Positions 1-7,740 of a DNA stretch of 12,945 nucleotides are shown in pieces. This DNA is from a virus. Lineage: Duplodnaviria > Heunggongvirae > Uroviricota > Caudoviricetes. The first letter of the stretch is position 1. Every line of letters starts with the position of its first letter. A program made the position numbers and the translations under genes. The stretch spans positions 1-12,945 of IMG/VR virus record IMGVR_UViG_2778261277_000020; one strand, written 5' to 3'. Below the pieces are notes generated by a model. The model had not been told where the DNA came from. It made no database searches and worked only from the letters and a program-made list of their open reading frames with translations.

Positions 1-1026
1 TTACTTGGAATATTTTCTTGGAATATTTTCAGGTAACGGGACATCAAGTGTTGGTGAAACTTTAACCTTCCTGTCATAGATTAGCACTTGCCCTTCGGTT
101 TTGTGACCAGAGAAAAGTTGCTTATCCCGGCTGCTTCCTTCATAGTCTGAAATTCCTTTCGCCTTCAGATCATGAAAGGTGAAGTCGGTTAAAATACCTG
201 AAATTTTGCCTGCGCGATTTCTTGCTTCTACCCACATTTCGTTAAAGCCTTTGTACATATATCGGTTGCCGTATTGATTGCTGATTACATAGGCGGATGT
301 TGGTAACTGTTTTGCTTTTTCGATCGCCGCCTGTAATCGTGGACTCCATGCTTTTATCTGTTTTTTCCCTGTTTTCCCTTGCTGGATAAAGATCCCGTCG
401 TTTCCAATCTGCTCCCATTTCAGCGATAACACATCGGAAACCCTCGCTGCACACAGATAGGCAATTTCCATTGCGATAAAAACAGGAAGAGGTGCAACGC
501 TTAATACTGCCTGGTATTCTTTGTCGGTTACATATCGTTCGCGGTTTTTGGCCTTGAATTTACTTACACCTGCACATGGGTTACCCTTCACGTACCCTCG
601 CTCATACCCCCAACTGTAAACGCGGGACATACTGCTTTTTTCATGGTTGGCTTGCGTTTTACTCTGTTCCCCTCTCTTGTCCATGTATCGACGGATGTGT
701 TCTGGTTTTATGGAATCTGCCGGCACCTTACCGAATACGGCAAGCAACTTTTTTTGATGTTGCAGATAATCTTTTTGTGTTCTTGGACTGAGGTCACTGT
801 AATAGGCGCTGGCGAGGAATTTTCCCCACAAACGACCGAATGTCATTGCGCGATCGCGATTATTTACAGTTTCCTCATACTTTTTCCATAAAGCAGCTAA
901 ACCATCCTTGATGGCGGTTAGTGTGACAGATTCTCTGGATGTTGGTTTCCATACATAACTATATTTATTTGGGTATACATTTGGAGGTAGTTTTTCGTGT
1001 TCAGGATTTTTCCTTCGTCTTCCCAT
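1..1026 (-). CDS. int: Phage integrase, tyrosine recombinase of the lambda Int family (complete, 341 aa)
   Basis: Full-length minus-strand ORF; N-terminus MGRRRK... resembles lambda Int N-terminal arm-binding region; C-terminal part has H/R/Y-containing segments (FHDLKAKG, GHKTEGQVLIYDRK) typical of the catalytic domain; start codon overlaps the xis stop (TAATG). Terminal position in a leftward operon, as in lambdoid phages. Confidence 0.9.
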   Translation of the reverse strand: MGRRRKNPEHEKLPPNVYPNKYSYVWKPTSRESVTLTAIKDGLAALWKKYEETVNNRDRAMTFGRLWGKFLASAYYSDLSPRTQKDYLQHQKKLLAVFGKVPADSIKPEHIRRYMDKRGEQSKTQANHEKSSMSRVYSWGYERGYVKGNPCAGVSKFKAKNRERYVTDKEYQAVLSVAPLPVFIAMEIAYLCAARVSDVLSLKWEQIGNDGIFIQQGKTGKKQIKAWSPRLQAAIEKAKQLPTSAYVISNQYGNRYMYKGFNEMWVEARNRAGKISGILTDFTFHDLKAKGISDYEGSSRDKQLFSGHKTEGQVLIYDRKVKVSPTLDVPLPENIPRKYSK

Positions 1027-1229
1027 TAGATTGCACCAAAATTCGGCTCTACCTCGCGTGGTGGTAAAGTTTTATTGCAGGTAAATAGATCCCGGCTGAC
1101 AATCGGTTTGCCACTACGATTGGTATAGAACGGAAGCCCGTTTTCCGTTAACCATTTTCGCTGGTGGCTTGCATATTTGCAGCCCGTTAATATCAGCAAT
1201 TCATCTTCGGTTAAAAATAAGCTGCTCAT
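1026..1229 (-). CDS. xis: Excisionase-like small DNA-binding protein (67 aa)
   Basis: Small basic ORF immediately upstream of, and translationally coupled to, int (stop/start overlap TAATG at 1024-1028). Position and size fit Xis; family assignment from memory only. Confidence 0.6.
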   Translation of the reverse strand: MSSLFLTEDELLILTGCKYASHQRKWLTENGLPFYTNRSGKPIVSRDLFTCNKTLPPREVEPNFGAI

Positions 1230-1246
1230 AGCTATATCTCATAACC

Positions 1247-1272
1247 GCCGCTAACTATATACGGTTAGCGGC
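1247..1272 (-). other. Perfect 9-bp inverted repeat (GCCGCTAAC / GTTAGCGGC, 8-nt loop) in the exonuclease-xis intergenic leader
   Basis: Read directly from sequence; no U-tract follows on the transcribed (minus) strand, so it is not a canonical intrinsic terminator. Confidence 0.4.
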
Positions 1273-1287
1273 AATTAGGGTTGAACA

Positions 1288-3672
1288 TTAAAAATCAGCC
1301 TGACTCGGGATCAGTTTTTGCCAGATAACTGAAACGTATTTTGCCTGGTAACGGGCGTCATCAAGTGCATTATGGCGCTCACCTTCGAATGGAATAGCCG
1401 TTCTGGCATCGAAGTCTATGGCTTTCCCCAGCTCAACGATTGTGCGTACATCGCGATCGTTGTGGTAGCGCCACGGGCAGGGGATCCCCTGCCGTTCATA
1501 TGAACGGCGTAAAATTACGTTGTCGAAGTTGGCTCCATTTCCCCAGACCTGAACAAAAAATTCACCGGAGTTTTCGGCGATAAATTCCCGCAATTGCAGT
1601 AGTGCATCATCTAACGGGATTTCATCGGTCAGAATGGTAGATTGCGCCTCGCGTGATTGCTTAAGCCACCATTTAATGGTGCCACGATCAATGACTCCGC
1701 CAGCAGTATCCAGATCGATGGTCTTACTAAATTCCGGTCCCATATCTCCGGTTTGCGGATCGAAAAATATTGCACCTATTGAGATAATCGGCGCATCAGG
1801 ATTTTTTCCCATCGTTTCAAGGTCGATCATTAGATGGTCACACGTCCTGCTGGTGGATGTGATAACGTGATGACCATTCACCGTAATTAAGGGATCTGTC
1901 GTCTCGCCAGTTTCACTATCGCTGGCGTGGTCCTGAGCGCTGCCAGCATTCTCCTTGTGTGGATGTTCAGCGCCTTCCATTTCCTCCGGATCTTTTTCCT
2001 GAGCTTCAGCCTGATTTTCTTTATCGAATGTTTCCTGGTATGTTGCGTCGCCCATCACTGCGCCACAATCAGGGCAGTTGCCTCCTCCCGGCTGACCGCA
2101 GGTATCGCAGACTTTCTCCTGCACAGGTTGATTTTCGACGTCGCTATTTTCCGTTTTTTCGACTTCATCTGAGAGGATTTGATGGCCGGGAATCCATTTC
2201 GGATCATTCGGGTCGCTAATCCCTTCAACAAATTCTCCGCGAGAGGCAGCCAGCAACTTATCGGCGTCAGGCTGGCTGACGTTTGCTGCCTGCATAATTT
2301 TGTTTACTTCGTTAGCGGTAACTTTTACCTGATTGACGGGATTTACCTGTGACTGAGCATCCAGCGGCTGCGTGTCCTGATGATGTTCAGTTGCATCCGG
2401 TTCCATTGTTTCAGCCGCTGCCTGTTCACATGCCATTGCGCCAGATGGTTGCGGTTTTTCTGCATCATTTTTTTCTTCTTCTGTTTCTTGCCCGGCAGCC
2501 AGCTCGCGGTTTATTTCTTCCAGAATATCTTTTTCCGGTGTATGTCGGGCAGCCGTGAGTGTTTCCTGGCTGGGGTTCTCGTGATCAGTCTCCGTTAAAT
2601 GGGCGTTGATATACCCCTGAAGGCGTCCCGGGTAGTGATAAAATTCAGGGTGTGCGCTTCGGATAAGTGCAAAAATAGCGGCGCGAGAGTAGTCCAGGAT
2701 ACCCGGGGTTGAGCGAAGTGCTGCTGACCACTCCCTGAACGGACTTTCTTTCTTCCGGACGATTTCTTTTGCGCGGCGATAAACGCTGCCAGGAATGTCA
2801 TAAATATTAAAATCCATCGGAAGCGTGGCTGCTGCAATCTCCAGATCCAGTGTATCGAGGGTGTGTACTAAATCCGGATTACGATCGGTTTTGTTTCCGC
2901 CTCCGGCATTTGCACCGGAAGCCGTACGGGTGATACGCGAAACACGATTTCCTTTCATCCACTCTTTTGTCAGCAGGCCGCGATCGGTGTAGTCAGCGTC
3001 CAGGTATGCTTCGAAAAAAGCAGTCATTAATCCCAGACTGGAATTAACGGGATTAGGGAAAACTTTGTCAGTGTCGCGAACCAGTTTGTGGTGGTCGCGA
3101 AGTTCCAGTGGGTCGAGCAGGCTGGTTTTGTGCGAAATAGCCAGGGCAGTAACTGCCGGTAGCTCTTCAGCCCGAGCGATATGTAATGCCTGAAGTTCAT
3201 CTCTTGAAACGTGTGTTACTGGTTTTTCGCTGCCGTGTTGAGCAAGCCAACGGATTGCCACCTCCTGACCGGAAACTGGCAGGAGCATGCTCTCCTCAAT
3301 CTCCGTCATGTCTTCGCCGTTAACATTGGTATTTTCGGTGCTGGCTGGTTTGTTCTGCACAGAGGGAGATGGCGCGGTGAATACCATTGTGATGCCATCT
3401 TCACCGCCTTTTTCATAGCGGTTACAGAATTCGGTATCAAACACGCCTTCTGGTGGAAGGTCATTCACAACAGGCAAATGGACGCGAACAGGTTTTTTAA
3501 AGTCCTCTTCGTCGTAACCAGCATCATCCATTGCGACATTACCGCGGGAAACTGCAACAGATAATTTTTTTGCTGTAGTCCAGTAAAAACCTCCTTTAAT
3601 ACCGAGACGTTTTCTGACTTTGTCATTTTTGGCTTCGTAATGGAGTGCAATGTCTTGTTTGTCAGTGCTCAT
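1288..3672 (-). CDS. Exodeoxyribonuclease VIII-like protein (794 aa): RecE-like N-terminal/central region fused to a C-terminal DEDDh (DnaQ-like) 3'-5' exonuclease domain
   Basis: ATG at 3672 with GAGG 9 nt upstream. Central segments ([57 protein letters not shown], Cys-x2-Cys...Cys-x2-Cys [17 protein letters not shown]) match my memory of the E. coli Rac RecE N-terminal region. The C-terminal ~180 aa carry DEDDh motifs (MIDLETMG; [10 protein letters not shown]; HNALDDARY). Confidence 0.8.
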   Translation of the reverse strand: MSTDKQDIALHYEAKNDKVRKRLGIKGGFYWTTAKKLSVAVSRGNVAMDDAGYDEEDFKKPVRVHLPVVNDLPPEGVFDTEFCNRYEKGGEDGITMVFTAPSPSVQNKPASTENTNVNGEDMTEIEESMLLPVSGQEVAIRWLAQHGSEKPVTHVSRDELQALHIARAEELPAVTALAISHKTSLLDPLELRDHHKLVRDTDKVFPNPVNSSLGLMTAFFEAYLDADYTDRGLLTKEWMKGNRVSRITRTASGANAGGGNKTDRNPDLVHTLDTLDLEIAAATLPMDFNIYDIPGSVYRRAKEIVRKKESPFREWSAALRSTPGILDYSRAAIFALIRSAHPEFYHYPGRLQGYINAHLTETDHENPSQETLTAARHTPEKDILEEINRELAAGQETEEEKNDAEKPQPSGAMACEQAAAETMEPDATEHHQDTQPLDAQSQVNPVNQVKVTANEVNKIMQAANVSQPDADKLLAASRGEFVEGISDPNDPKWIPGHQILSDEVEKTENSDVENQPVQEKVCDTCGQPGGGNCPDCGAVMGDATYQETFDKENQAEAQEKDPEEMEGAEHPHKENAGSAQDHASDSETGETTDPLITVNGHHVITSTSRTCDHLMIDLETMGKNPDAPIISIGAIFFDPQTGDMGPEFSKTIDLDTAGGVIDRGTIKWWLKQSREAQSTILTDEIPLDDALLQLREFIAENSGEFFVQVWGNGANFDNVILRRSYERQGIPCPWRYHNDRDVRTIVELGKAIDFDARTAIPFEGERHNALDDARYQAKYVSVIWQKLIPSQADF

Positions 3673-3707
3673 TGTTTTTAACCTCAGCTAAGATTAAAAT
3701 TCCTCCG

Positions 3708-3767
3708 GAATGATGAATAAATGTCCCAGGTTCATCATTCTGGCCTGCACTGAGTGCAGGCCTTTTT
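3708..3767 (+). terminator. Two adjacent hairpins; the second (GGCCTGCAC...GTGCAGGCC followed by T5 at 3763-3767) has plus-strand intrinsic-terminator geometry
   Basis: Hairpin A: 10-bp perfect stem GAATGATGAA / TTCATCATTC (3708-3740). Hairpin B: GC-rich stem 3742-3762 then TTTTT. The T-run is on the plus strand, antisense to the leftward operon. Confidence 0.4.
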
Positions 3768-3772
3768 ACCAT

Positions 3773-4048
3773 TCAGATTTCATCTTTTAGTTCTGTCCCA
3801 ATCAGAGAGGCCAGATACATGTCTTTTTTTTCTGCAGGCAGATTCTTAATGATATGCACCAGACACATTTTTTTAACACCATCGTTAAGTGTTTTAACAT
3901 TTCCTGAGAAACCGTAGATATCAACCACAGTGAATGGGGTTTCTTTATTTTCTGTCTTAATTACGTAGCCAATACGCTTTTCTTCAAGATTAACCTCGTG
4001 AACAATATTATCAGCAGTAACAGTAGTGACTTCATAACTGGTAATCAT
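3773..4048 (-). CDS. Hypothetical protein (91 aa)
   Basis: ATG at 4048 preceded by AGGAGAAAAAT (strong SD); ORF track start at 4096 is an upstream non-ATG extension. No recognisable motif. Confidence 0.55.
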   Translation of the reverse strand: MITSYEVTTVTADNIVHEVNLEEKRIGYVIKTENKETPFTVVDIYGFSGNVKTLNDGVKKMCLVHIIKNLPAEKKDMYLASLIGTELKDEI

Positions 4049-4132
4049 ATTTTTCTCCTTAATTAAGGTTGAGTGAATCCCTGCCATTGCTGGCATATAA
4101 GAATGAAACCGTACATTTGTGACGTAGCTGCT

Positions 4133-4324
4133 TTAAATACTTGTCGTGACTTCTTTATTATCCTGACGAATAACTTTATCAACCTGATAACAGTTACCTG
4201 GAATTTTCTGTTCTTCTGCAGCAGCCATGCATTCTTTCATGGAGTTGTATATTCCTGTAACTATATCAACCGGTTCACCGGAAACAAGAAAAACAGTCAT
4301 AACAAGCGCGAATACTGTATTCAT
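4133..4324 (-). CDS. Small protein (63 aa) with hydrophobic N-terminus (signal peptide or single TM helix), two Cys
   Basis: ATG at 4324 with GGAGA 5 nt upstream; start overlaps stop of upstream gene (TGATG). N-terminus MNTVFALVMTVFLVSG is hydrophobic. Confidence 0.5.
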   Translation of the reverse strand: MNTVFALVMTVFLVSGEPVDIVTGIYNSMKECMAAAEEQKIPGNCYQVDKVIRQDNKEVTTSI

Positions 4325-4509
4325 CAGTGTCTCCAGAAAATACCAAGTCTGAGAAGAGCCATTCTGGAAAGTATGGAATTATCATTGAGAAAATAAGGCT
4401 CATATTTCCTCATATTAATGGCATCTTCAGTAAACTCACGGTTACTGATTTGAACACCAATTTCAAAACAACCTTCAGATGTATTGATGTTGGGTAATAA
4501 CGTTTCCAT
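4324..4509 (-). CDS. Hypothetical protein (61 aa)
   Basis: ATG at 4509 with GAGGAA 8 nt upstream; lies 14 nt downstream of the rha stop; same-strand operon context. Confidence 0.45.
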   Translation of the reverse strand: METLLPNINTSEGCFEIGVQISNREFTEDAINMRKYEPYFLNDNSILSRMALLRLGIFWRH

Positions 4510-4523
4510 TATCGTTTCCTCGA

Positions 4524-5078
4524 TCAATGGATATTAAGTAACTGCTCCACGGTCATATTTTTAATTACGTCCCTGTTCACAAGCGTCCATCCCTGTTTCT
4601 CCAGATAAAAGCGGAAGGTATCCAGGGTGCAGACCATTGCACCATCAGGAACGGTTTCAGTGAATTTGATGTTGCCGTGTTCGTCGAGACGGATAACCAG
4701 GGTACGTCCGTCCCCGTGAATCATTTTGTCGGGAGACGGGGCGTTATTCTGGCGCAGTTCTTTCTCCATGCGATCGAACTCAGCGATGTAGGCTTCTTTA
4801 AATGCAGCGGCTTTTTTGCCGGTGAAGCCCATCACCAGGAAAACGAAGCCGTTTTTGGTGATTTGGTACATAGGGAGTTTGCGTCCTGTTGAGTCGGTGT
4901 ATTCGCTCGACACAAAATTGTGCTCAGTGAATTTTGCTGAACAGTCCAGATTGCGAATTTTATCCAACACTCGTTCGTGGCGTTTACCAAAGAACTCGGC
5001 GATCGCAACAGACGTAGTGACAGCGCGACCATTTTCGATGGTTACATCAGGGTGATAAATGGTAGGGGTAGTAGCCAT
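4524..5078 (-). CDS. rha: Rha-family phage regulatory protein (184 aa)
   Basis: N-terminal ~100 aa (IENGRAVTTSVAIAEFFGKRHERVLDKIRNLDCS...MYQITKNGFVFLVMGFTGKKAAAFKEAYIAEF) match the Rha domain as I recall it. ATG at 5078 with GGAGG 8 nt upstream. The 282-aa ORF in the track is an in-frame upstream extension that contains a terminator hairpin. Confidence 0.8.
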   Translation of the reverse strand: MATTPTIYHPDVTIENGRAVTTSVAIAEFFGKRHERVLDKIRNLDCSAKFTEHNFVSSEYTDSTGRKLPMYQITKNGFVFLVMGFTGKKAAAFKEAYIAEFDRMEKELRQNNAPSPDKMIHGDGRTLVIRLDEHGNIKFTETVPDGAMVCTLDTFRFYLEKQGWTLVNRDVIKNMTVEQLLNIH

Positions 5079-5244
5079 GATGGCAGCCTCCGCGATGAAT
5101 TTAATTAACTCACCACCAGAGGTGCTAATCTCATGGGTGGTGAGACGCACAGGGTTAGCACTACCGGTCATCACGGAACCCGGCCAGCCTTGCGGCTGCC
5201 CTGCACGCCTCACCATAATGCGAATGTGGCTGTGCTTAACGCAT

Positions 5245-5267
5245 AAAAAAACCGCCTGAGCGCGGTT
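5245..5267 (-). terminator. Minus-strand intrinsic-terminator-like hairpin (6-bp stem AACCGC / GCGGTT, 6-nt loop) followed by U7
   Basis: Plus-strand sequence AAAAAAACCGCCTGAGCGCGGTT at 5245-5267; on the minus strand this is stem-loop plus TTTTTTT. Confidence 0.5.
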
Positions 5268-5948
5268 ATGCGCCGTGATTGACTTCGGGGTGCTAATCCC
5301 GGCACCCGTTTTATGAGGTGCAGATGAACTATAATTCCACCCGTACTGGTTTTCAATAGCTACATTCAACATTTTCTCTTACCCTTCATCACCGAAGTGA
5401 ACTTTGTTGATGCAGTGCCTGGTGCCTCCAGGTGACGTTAACCAGTTAACAATTAACGCCGGAATACAGAAGTATGCCCGTTACGCCCCGTAAAAGACCA
5501 CTTTACGGTTTTAACTGTTCCGCGTGCGCTTAGCCGCATTCACCGCATCACAAAATTCACTTTAAAAAGGGTGGCAGAGCAGTCACGGAGTAGAACTGAT
5601 GCCACCAAAGACTACACATGGGTATTGTGGCGGGGCTGTCACTTAAGCGTATGGTCAACCTGACAACCCGGTGCATTTTCTGGAGCAATGGAGGAAACCC
5701 CAGCCATACTTACCGCCGCGCCATTTCGCGGATTGCCACAACCGGAAGCGCACGTTCGAGGAAATCTAACGACAAGCCTTCTAAGGGAAAGAGCTTCGCC
5801 GTACGCTTTCGCGTTATGCCCTGACTTTTCAGGGAAATATCCTTTCAGTAAACTGTCAGTACCGGATTCTTATCCGTGTCCGGCGCACGACCGCACGTGA
5901 CAGCGTGTTGGTCTCCATTTTTAACCCAGAACCTCAATGGAGGATAAA

Positions 5949-6158
5949 ATGCCAAACAAAAAAAGAAATCCGCTTATTGAAAAACAGATTGAATGCCTGG
6001 TAAATCAACTCAGGCAATCAGGGTTATTAAAAACTCATTCAGAGTTGAGGCTCACAGAATCAGCATTCGACGATAAATTAAATAATGTCCTTTATAATGG
6101 CATTATTGATTTTAATCGTTCTGTTGGTCGCCGCGGCCCTGCTGGTGTTTCCTTATAA
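5949..6158 (+). CDS. Hypothetical small protein (69 aa), AT-rich
   Basis: ATG at 5949 with GGAGGA at 5939-5944; convergent with the next gene, stop codons back to back (TAA 6156-6158 / TAA on minus at 6159-6161). Confidence 0.5.
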   Translation: MPNKKRNPLIEKQIECLVNQLRQSGLLKTHSELRLTESAFDDKLNNVLYNGIIDFNRSVGRRGPAGVSL

Positions 6159-6809
6159 TTACCAGTCAATCCAGAGCGGACCGTGTTCAGCGTAAATATA
6201 ACTGTACACATCCAGATTATATTTGTGGTCTGTTAAGAACAGGCCGCAAATACATGCCGAAGCTTCCAGGGCAGCGGCTCTGTTACTGAATAACCATGTA
6301 GCAACATTCCAGCGTTTTTCTGCATCCCAGTCTTTCTCAAGGCCTGATACCATGAAGAAACCGTTAGTGTTGCCATCAAATAATTCTGTTTCCAGATTTT
6401 TAAGCAATGCCTGATGGACTCTTGCCAGGTATTCCGCCGGAATTTCGCCACGAATTCTGATGAGATTGTCATAAACAAACATGTTCCCCGCATATGGCGA
6501 TTTTTCTTTCTTGTTTTTTAAACCAGCATCATGAGCAAACTGATCAATTTCTTCTTCCGTTGGTTTCGTATTGATGTTTTGCGCTGTCGTTTCTGCAATT
6601 TTATTTGCCACACTCTCTGAGTCGTGTTTATTTATAGACGCACAGAAATACAATCCGGTAAACGCATCGCGCACATTACGAGCCATATTATCAGTGTCTT
6701 TTTTCGTTACCGATTCCAATTCAAGTTCGTTCAGACGATGACGAAGTGTGTGTGCTGCAATCTCTTGGATTGAAGGAGGTAAATCTTTAAATTCCATCGT
6801 CAACCTCAT
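6159..6809 (-). CDS. Hypothetical protein (216 aa from ATG 6809; 212 aa if ATG 6797), AT-rich, no TM segment
   Basis: ATG at 6809 overlaps the stop of the upstream 50-aa gene (TGATG); the alternative ATG at 6797 has GAGG 7 nt upstream. No motif I can name. Confidence 0.65.
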   Translation of the reverse strand: MRLTMEFKDLPPSIQEIAAHTLRHRLNELELESVTKKDTDNMARNVRDAFTGLYFCASINKHDSESVANKIAETTAQNINTKPTEEEIDQFAHDAGLKNKKEKSPYAGNMFVYDNLIRIRGEIPAEYLARVHQALLKNLETELFDGNTNGFFMVSGLEKDWDAEKRWNVATWLFSNRAAALEASACICGLFLTDHKYNLDVYSYIYAEHGPLWIDW

Positions 6810-6961
6810 CAGTCAGTGTTTCTGGCTAACCAGCGACGCGCGCCAGCTGCGGTTTTAAACGTTTTGCTTCTGGTATACGTCATCGCGGTAAACGTGCCGT
6901 CCAGGTTGGGGAATACTCCGCATACCAGAGATTCGTTGTTGCCAAGATTGAGCGTATCCAT
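6809..6961 (-). CDS. Hypothetical small protein (50 aa) with basic C-terminus
   Basis: ATG at 6961 with GAGG 5 nt upstream; first gene leftward of the OL-like palindrome; stop overlaps next start. Confidence 0.45.
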   Translation of the reverse strand: MDTLNLGNNESLVCGVFPNLDGTFTAMTYTRSKTFKTAAGARRWLARNTD

Positions 6962-7139
6962 GTTGACCTCATTTCCCCTTAACGCCGGGTAGCGGAACAA
7001 AAACCTGCTGCATAGTTATTAAAGTTGAACCCTGCCGTCATGTTCTTACGCCTCGGGCTGGCTACTTAACCCCTGACCACTGCCTGGTAACTCGAAGTAT
7101 TGCCTGGCGTTCTGTGGGCGGGGTGGGTTGGTGAATACA

Positions 7140-7186
7140 ATCTACAATTAAAAACTGTTTTATGTCAACAGTTTTTAATTGTAGAT
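7140..7186. promoter_or_regulatory. 47-bp perfect palindrome (20-bp arms ATCTACAATTAAAAACTGTT, 7-bp spacer): candidate OL-like operator
   Basis: Read directly; shares the half-site TACAAT(A/T)AAAAACTGT with the palindrome at 8178-8218; lies between the terminator after parE and the first leftward gene. Confidence 0.6.
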
Positions 7187-7192
7187 CTGAGC

Positions 7193-7215
7193 AAAAAAAA
7201 TCCCTCGAAAGAGGG
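7193..7215 (-). terminator. Minus-strand intrinsic-terminator-like hairpin (CCCTC-GAAA-GAGGG) followed by U8, downstream of parE
   Basis: Plus strand AAAAAAAATCCCTCGAAAGAGGG at 7193-7215; on the minus strand this is stem-loop then 8 U; about 20 nt past the parE stop (7235). Confidence 0.5.
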
Positions 7216-7234
7216 AGTATGAAAATTGTTCAGC

Positions 7235-7522
7235 TCAGATAGAGGAGGGAAATTGTCGGCGAGCATGTATCACGCTTACAATCTCAATGCTTGAAGCAGC
7301 TACTCTGTACAGGATTATGTAGTTAGGGTGGGTCACTATCTCTCTCACCCCTGAAACCCGTTCGCTTAGTGGATATAGGTACGGATGCTCAGATAGAGGT
7401 AATACCGATGTTTCAATGCGTATTTTTAGTCTGCGCGCTGCCGGTGGGTTCTCCTTGGCGATGTAAGTTATGATCTGACGCAAATCATCGCGAGCAGATG
7501 GTAGCCATAAAATGGGTAACAT
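7235..7522 (-). CDS. parE: ParE/RelE-family toxin (95 aa)
   Basis: Sequence LRQIITYIAKENPPAARRL...IVSVIHARRQFP is typical of ParE toxins; start overlaps the antitoxin stop (TAATG). Confidence 0.85.
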   Translation of the reverse strand: MLPILWLPSARDDLRQIITYIAKENPPAARRLKIRIETSVLPLSEHPYLYPLSERVSGVREIVTHPNYIILYRVAASSIEIVSVIHARRQFPSSI

Positions 7523-7713
7523 TACTCGCTCCTGTTAGTTACAACGATTTGAGCAATAAGATTTTCCATTTCAGCCATTACCTCGTCATGTGGAATTGCG
7601 GGACGAGGGTCTGCAAGGCTCGACGCTACTTTAGCGCGCAACCATTCGTTGTAACTGTTTTCTTGTTCGATAGTTTCGAATTCTGAAACTATCGGAGAAA
7701 GGGCTGTACCCAT
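7522..7713 (-). CDS. paaA: PaaA2-like antitoxin (63 aa)
   Basis: SEFETIEQENSYNEWLRAKVASSLADPRPAIPHDEV matches my memory of PaaA2 from the E. coli O157 paaR2-paaA2-parE2 module; GAGGAG SD 7 nt upstream of ATG 7713. Confidence 0.75.
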   Translation of the reverse strand: MGTALSPIVSEFETIEQENSYNEWLRAKVASSLADPRPAIPHDEVMAEMENLIAQIVVTNRSE

Positions 7714-7740
7714 GGCATAACTCCTCTTCTTGTACTGTGG

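Noticed and set aside
1-60. Attachment site or tRNA target at the integrase end
   Set aside because: The integrase stop codon is at window positions 1-3, so the att core and any tRNA lie outside the window and cannot be assessed.
242-891. ORFs 242-454 (-), 576-791 (+) and 643-891 (+) inside int
   Set aside because: Embedded in or antisense to the integrase ORF, which has clear family features; no SDs; implausible Cys/Trp-rich translations.
1634-3564. Six plus-strand ORFs of 69-117 aa (1634-1870, 1927-2172, 1959-2219, 2349-2558, 2380-2598, 3211-3564) antisense to the exonuclease gene
   Set aside because: They lie entirely inside a well-supported minus-strand gene, overlap one another, lack SDs and have low-complexity translations; these are shadow ORFs.
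4524-5372. The 282-aa form of the Rha ORF
   Set aside because: The N-terminal 98 codons are low-complexity, contain an intrinsic-terminator hairpin, and precede a well-placed ATG with GGAGG where the Rha domain begins.
5618-5900. Two overlapping plus-strand ORFs (68 and 70 aa) in the 5380-5940 gap
   Set aside because: No SD, they overlap each other in different frames, and translations are Arg/Pro/Ser-rich; coding was rejected, but the region is flagged as a possible structured RNA.
5700-7130. Lambda-style N-antitermination nut sites (boxA / boxB) downstream of the OL-like palindrome
   Set aside because: A boxA-like GCTCTTTCC occurs on the minus strand near 5790, but no convincing boxB hairpin follows and no N-like protein is evident; too weak to call.
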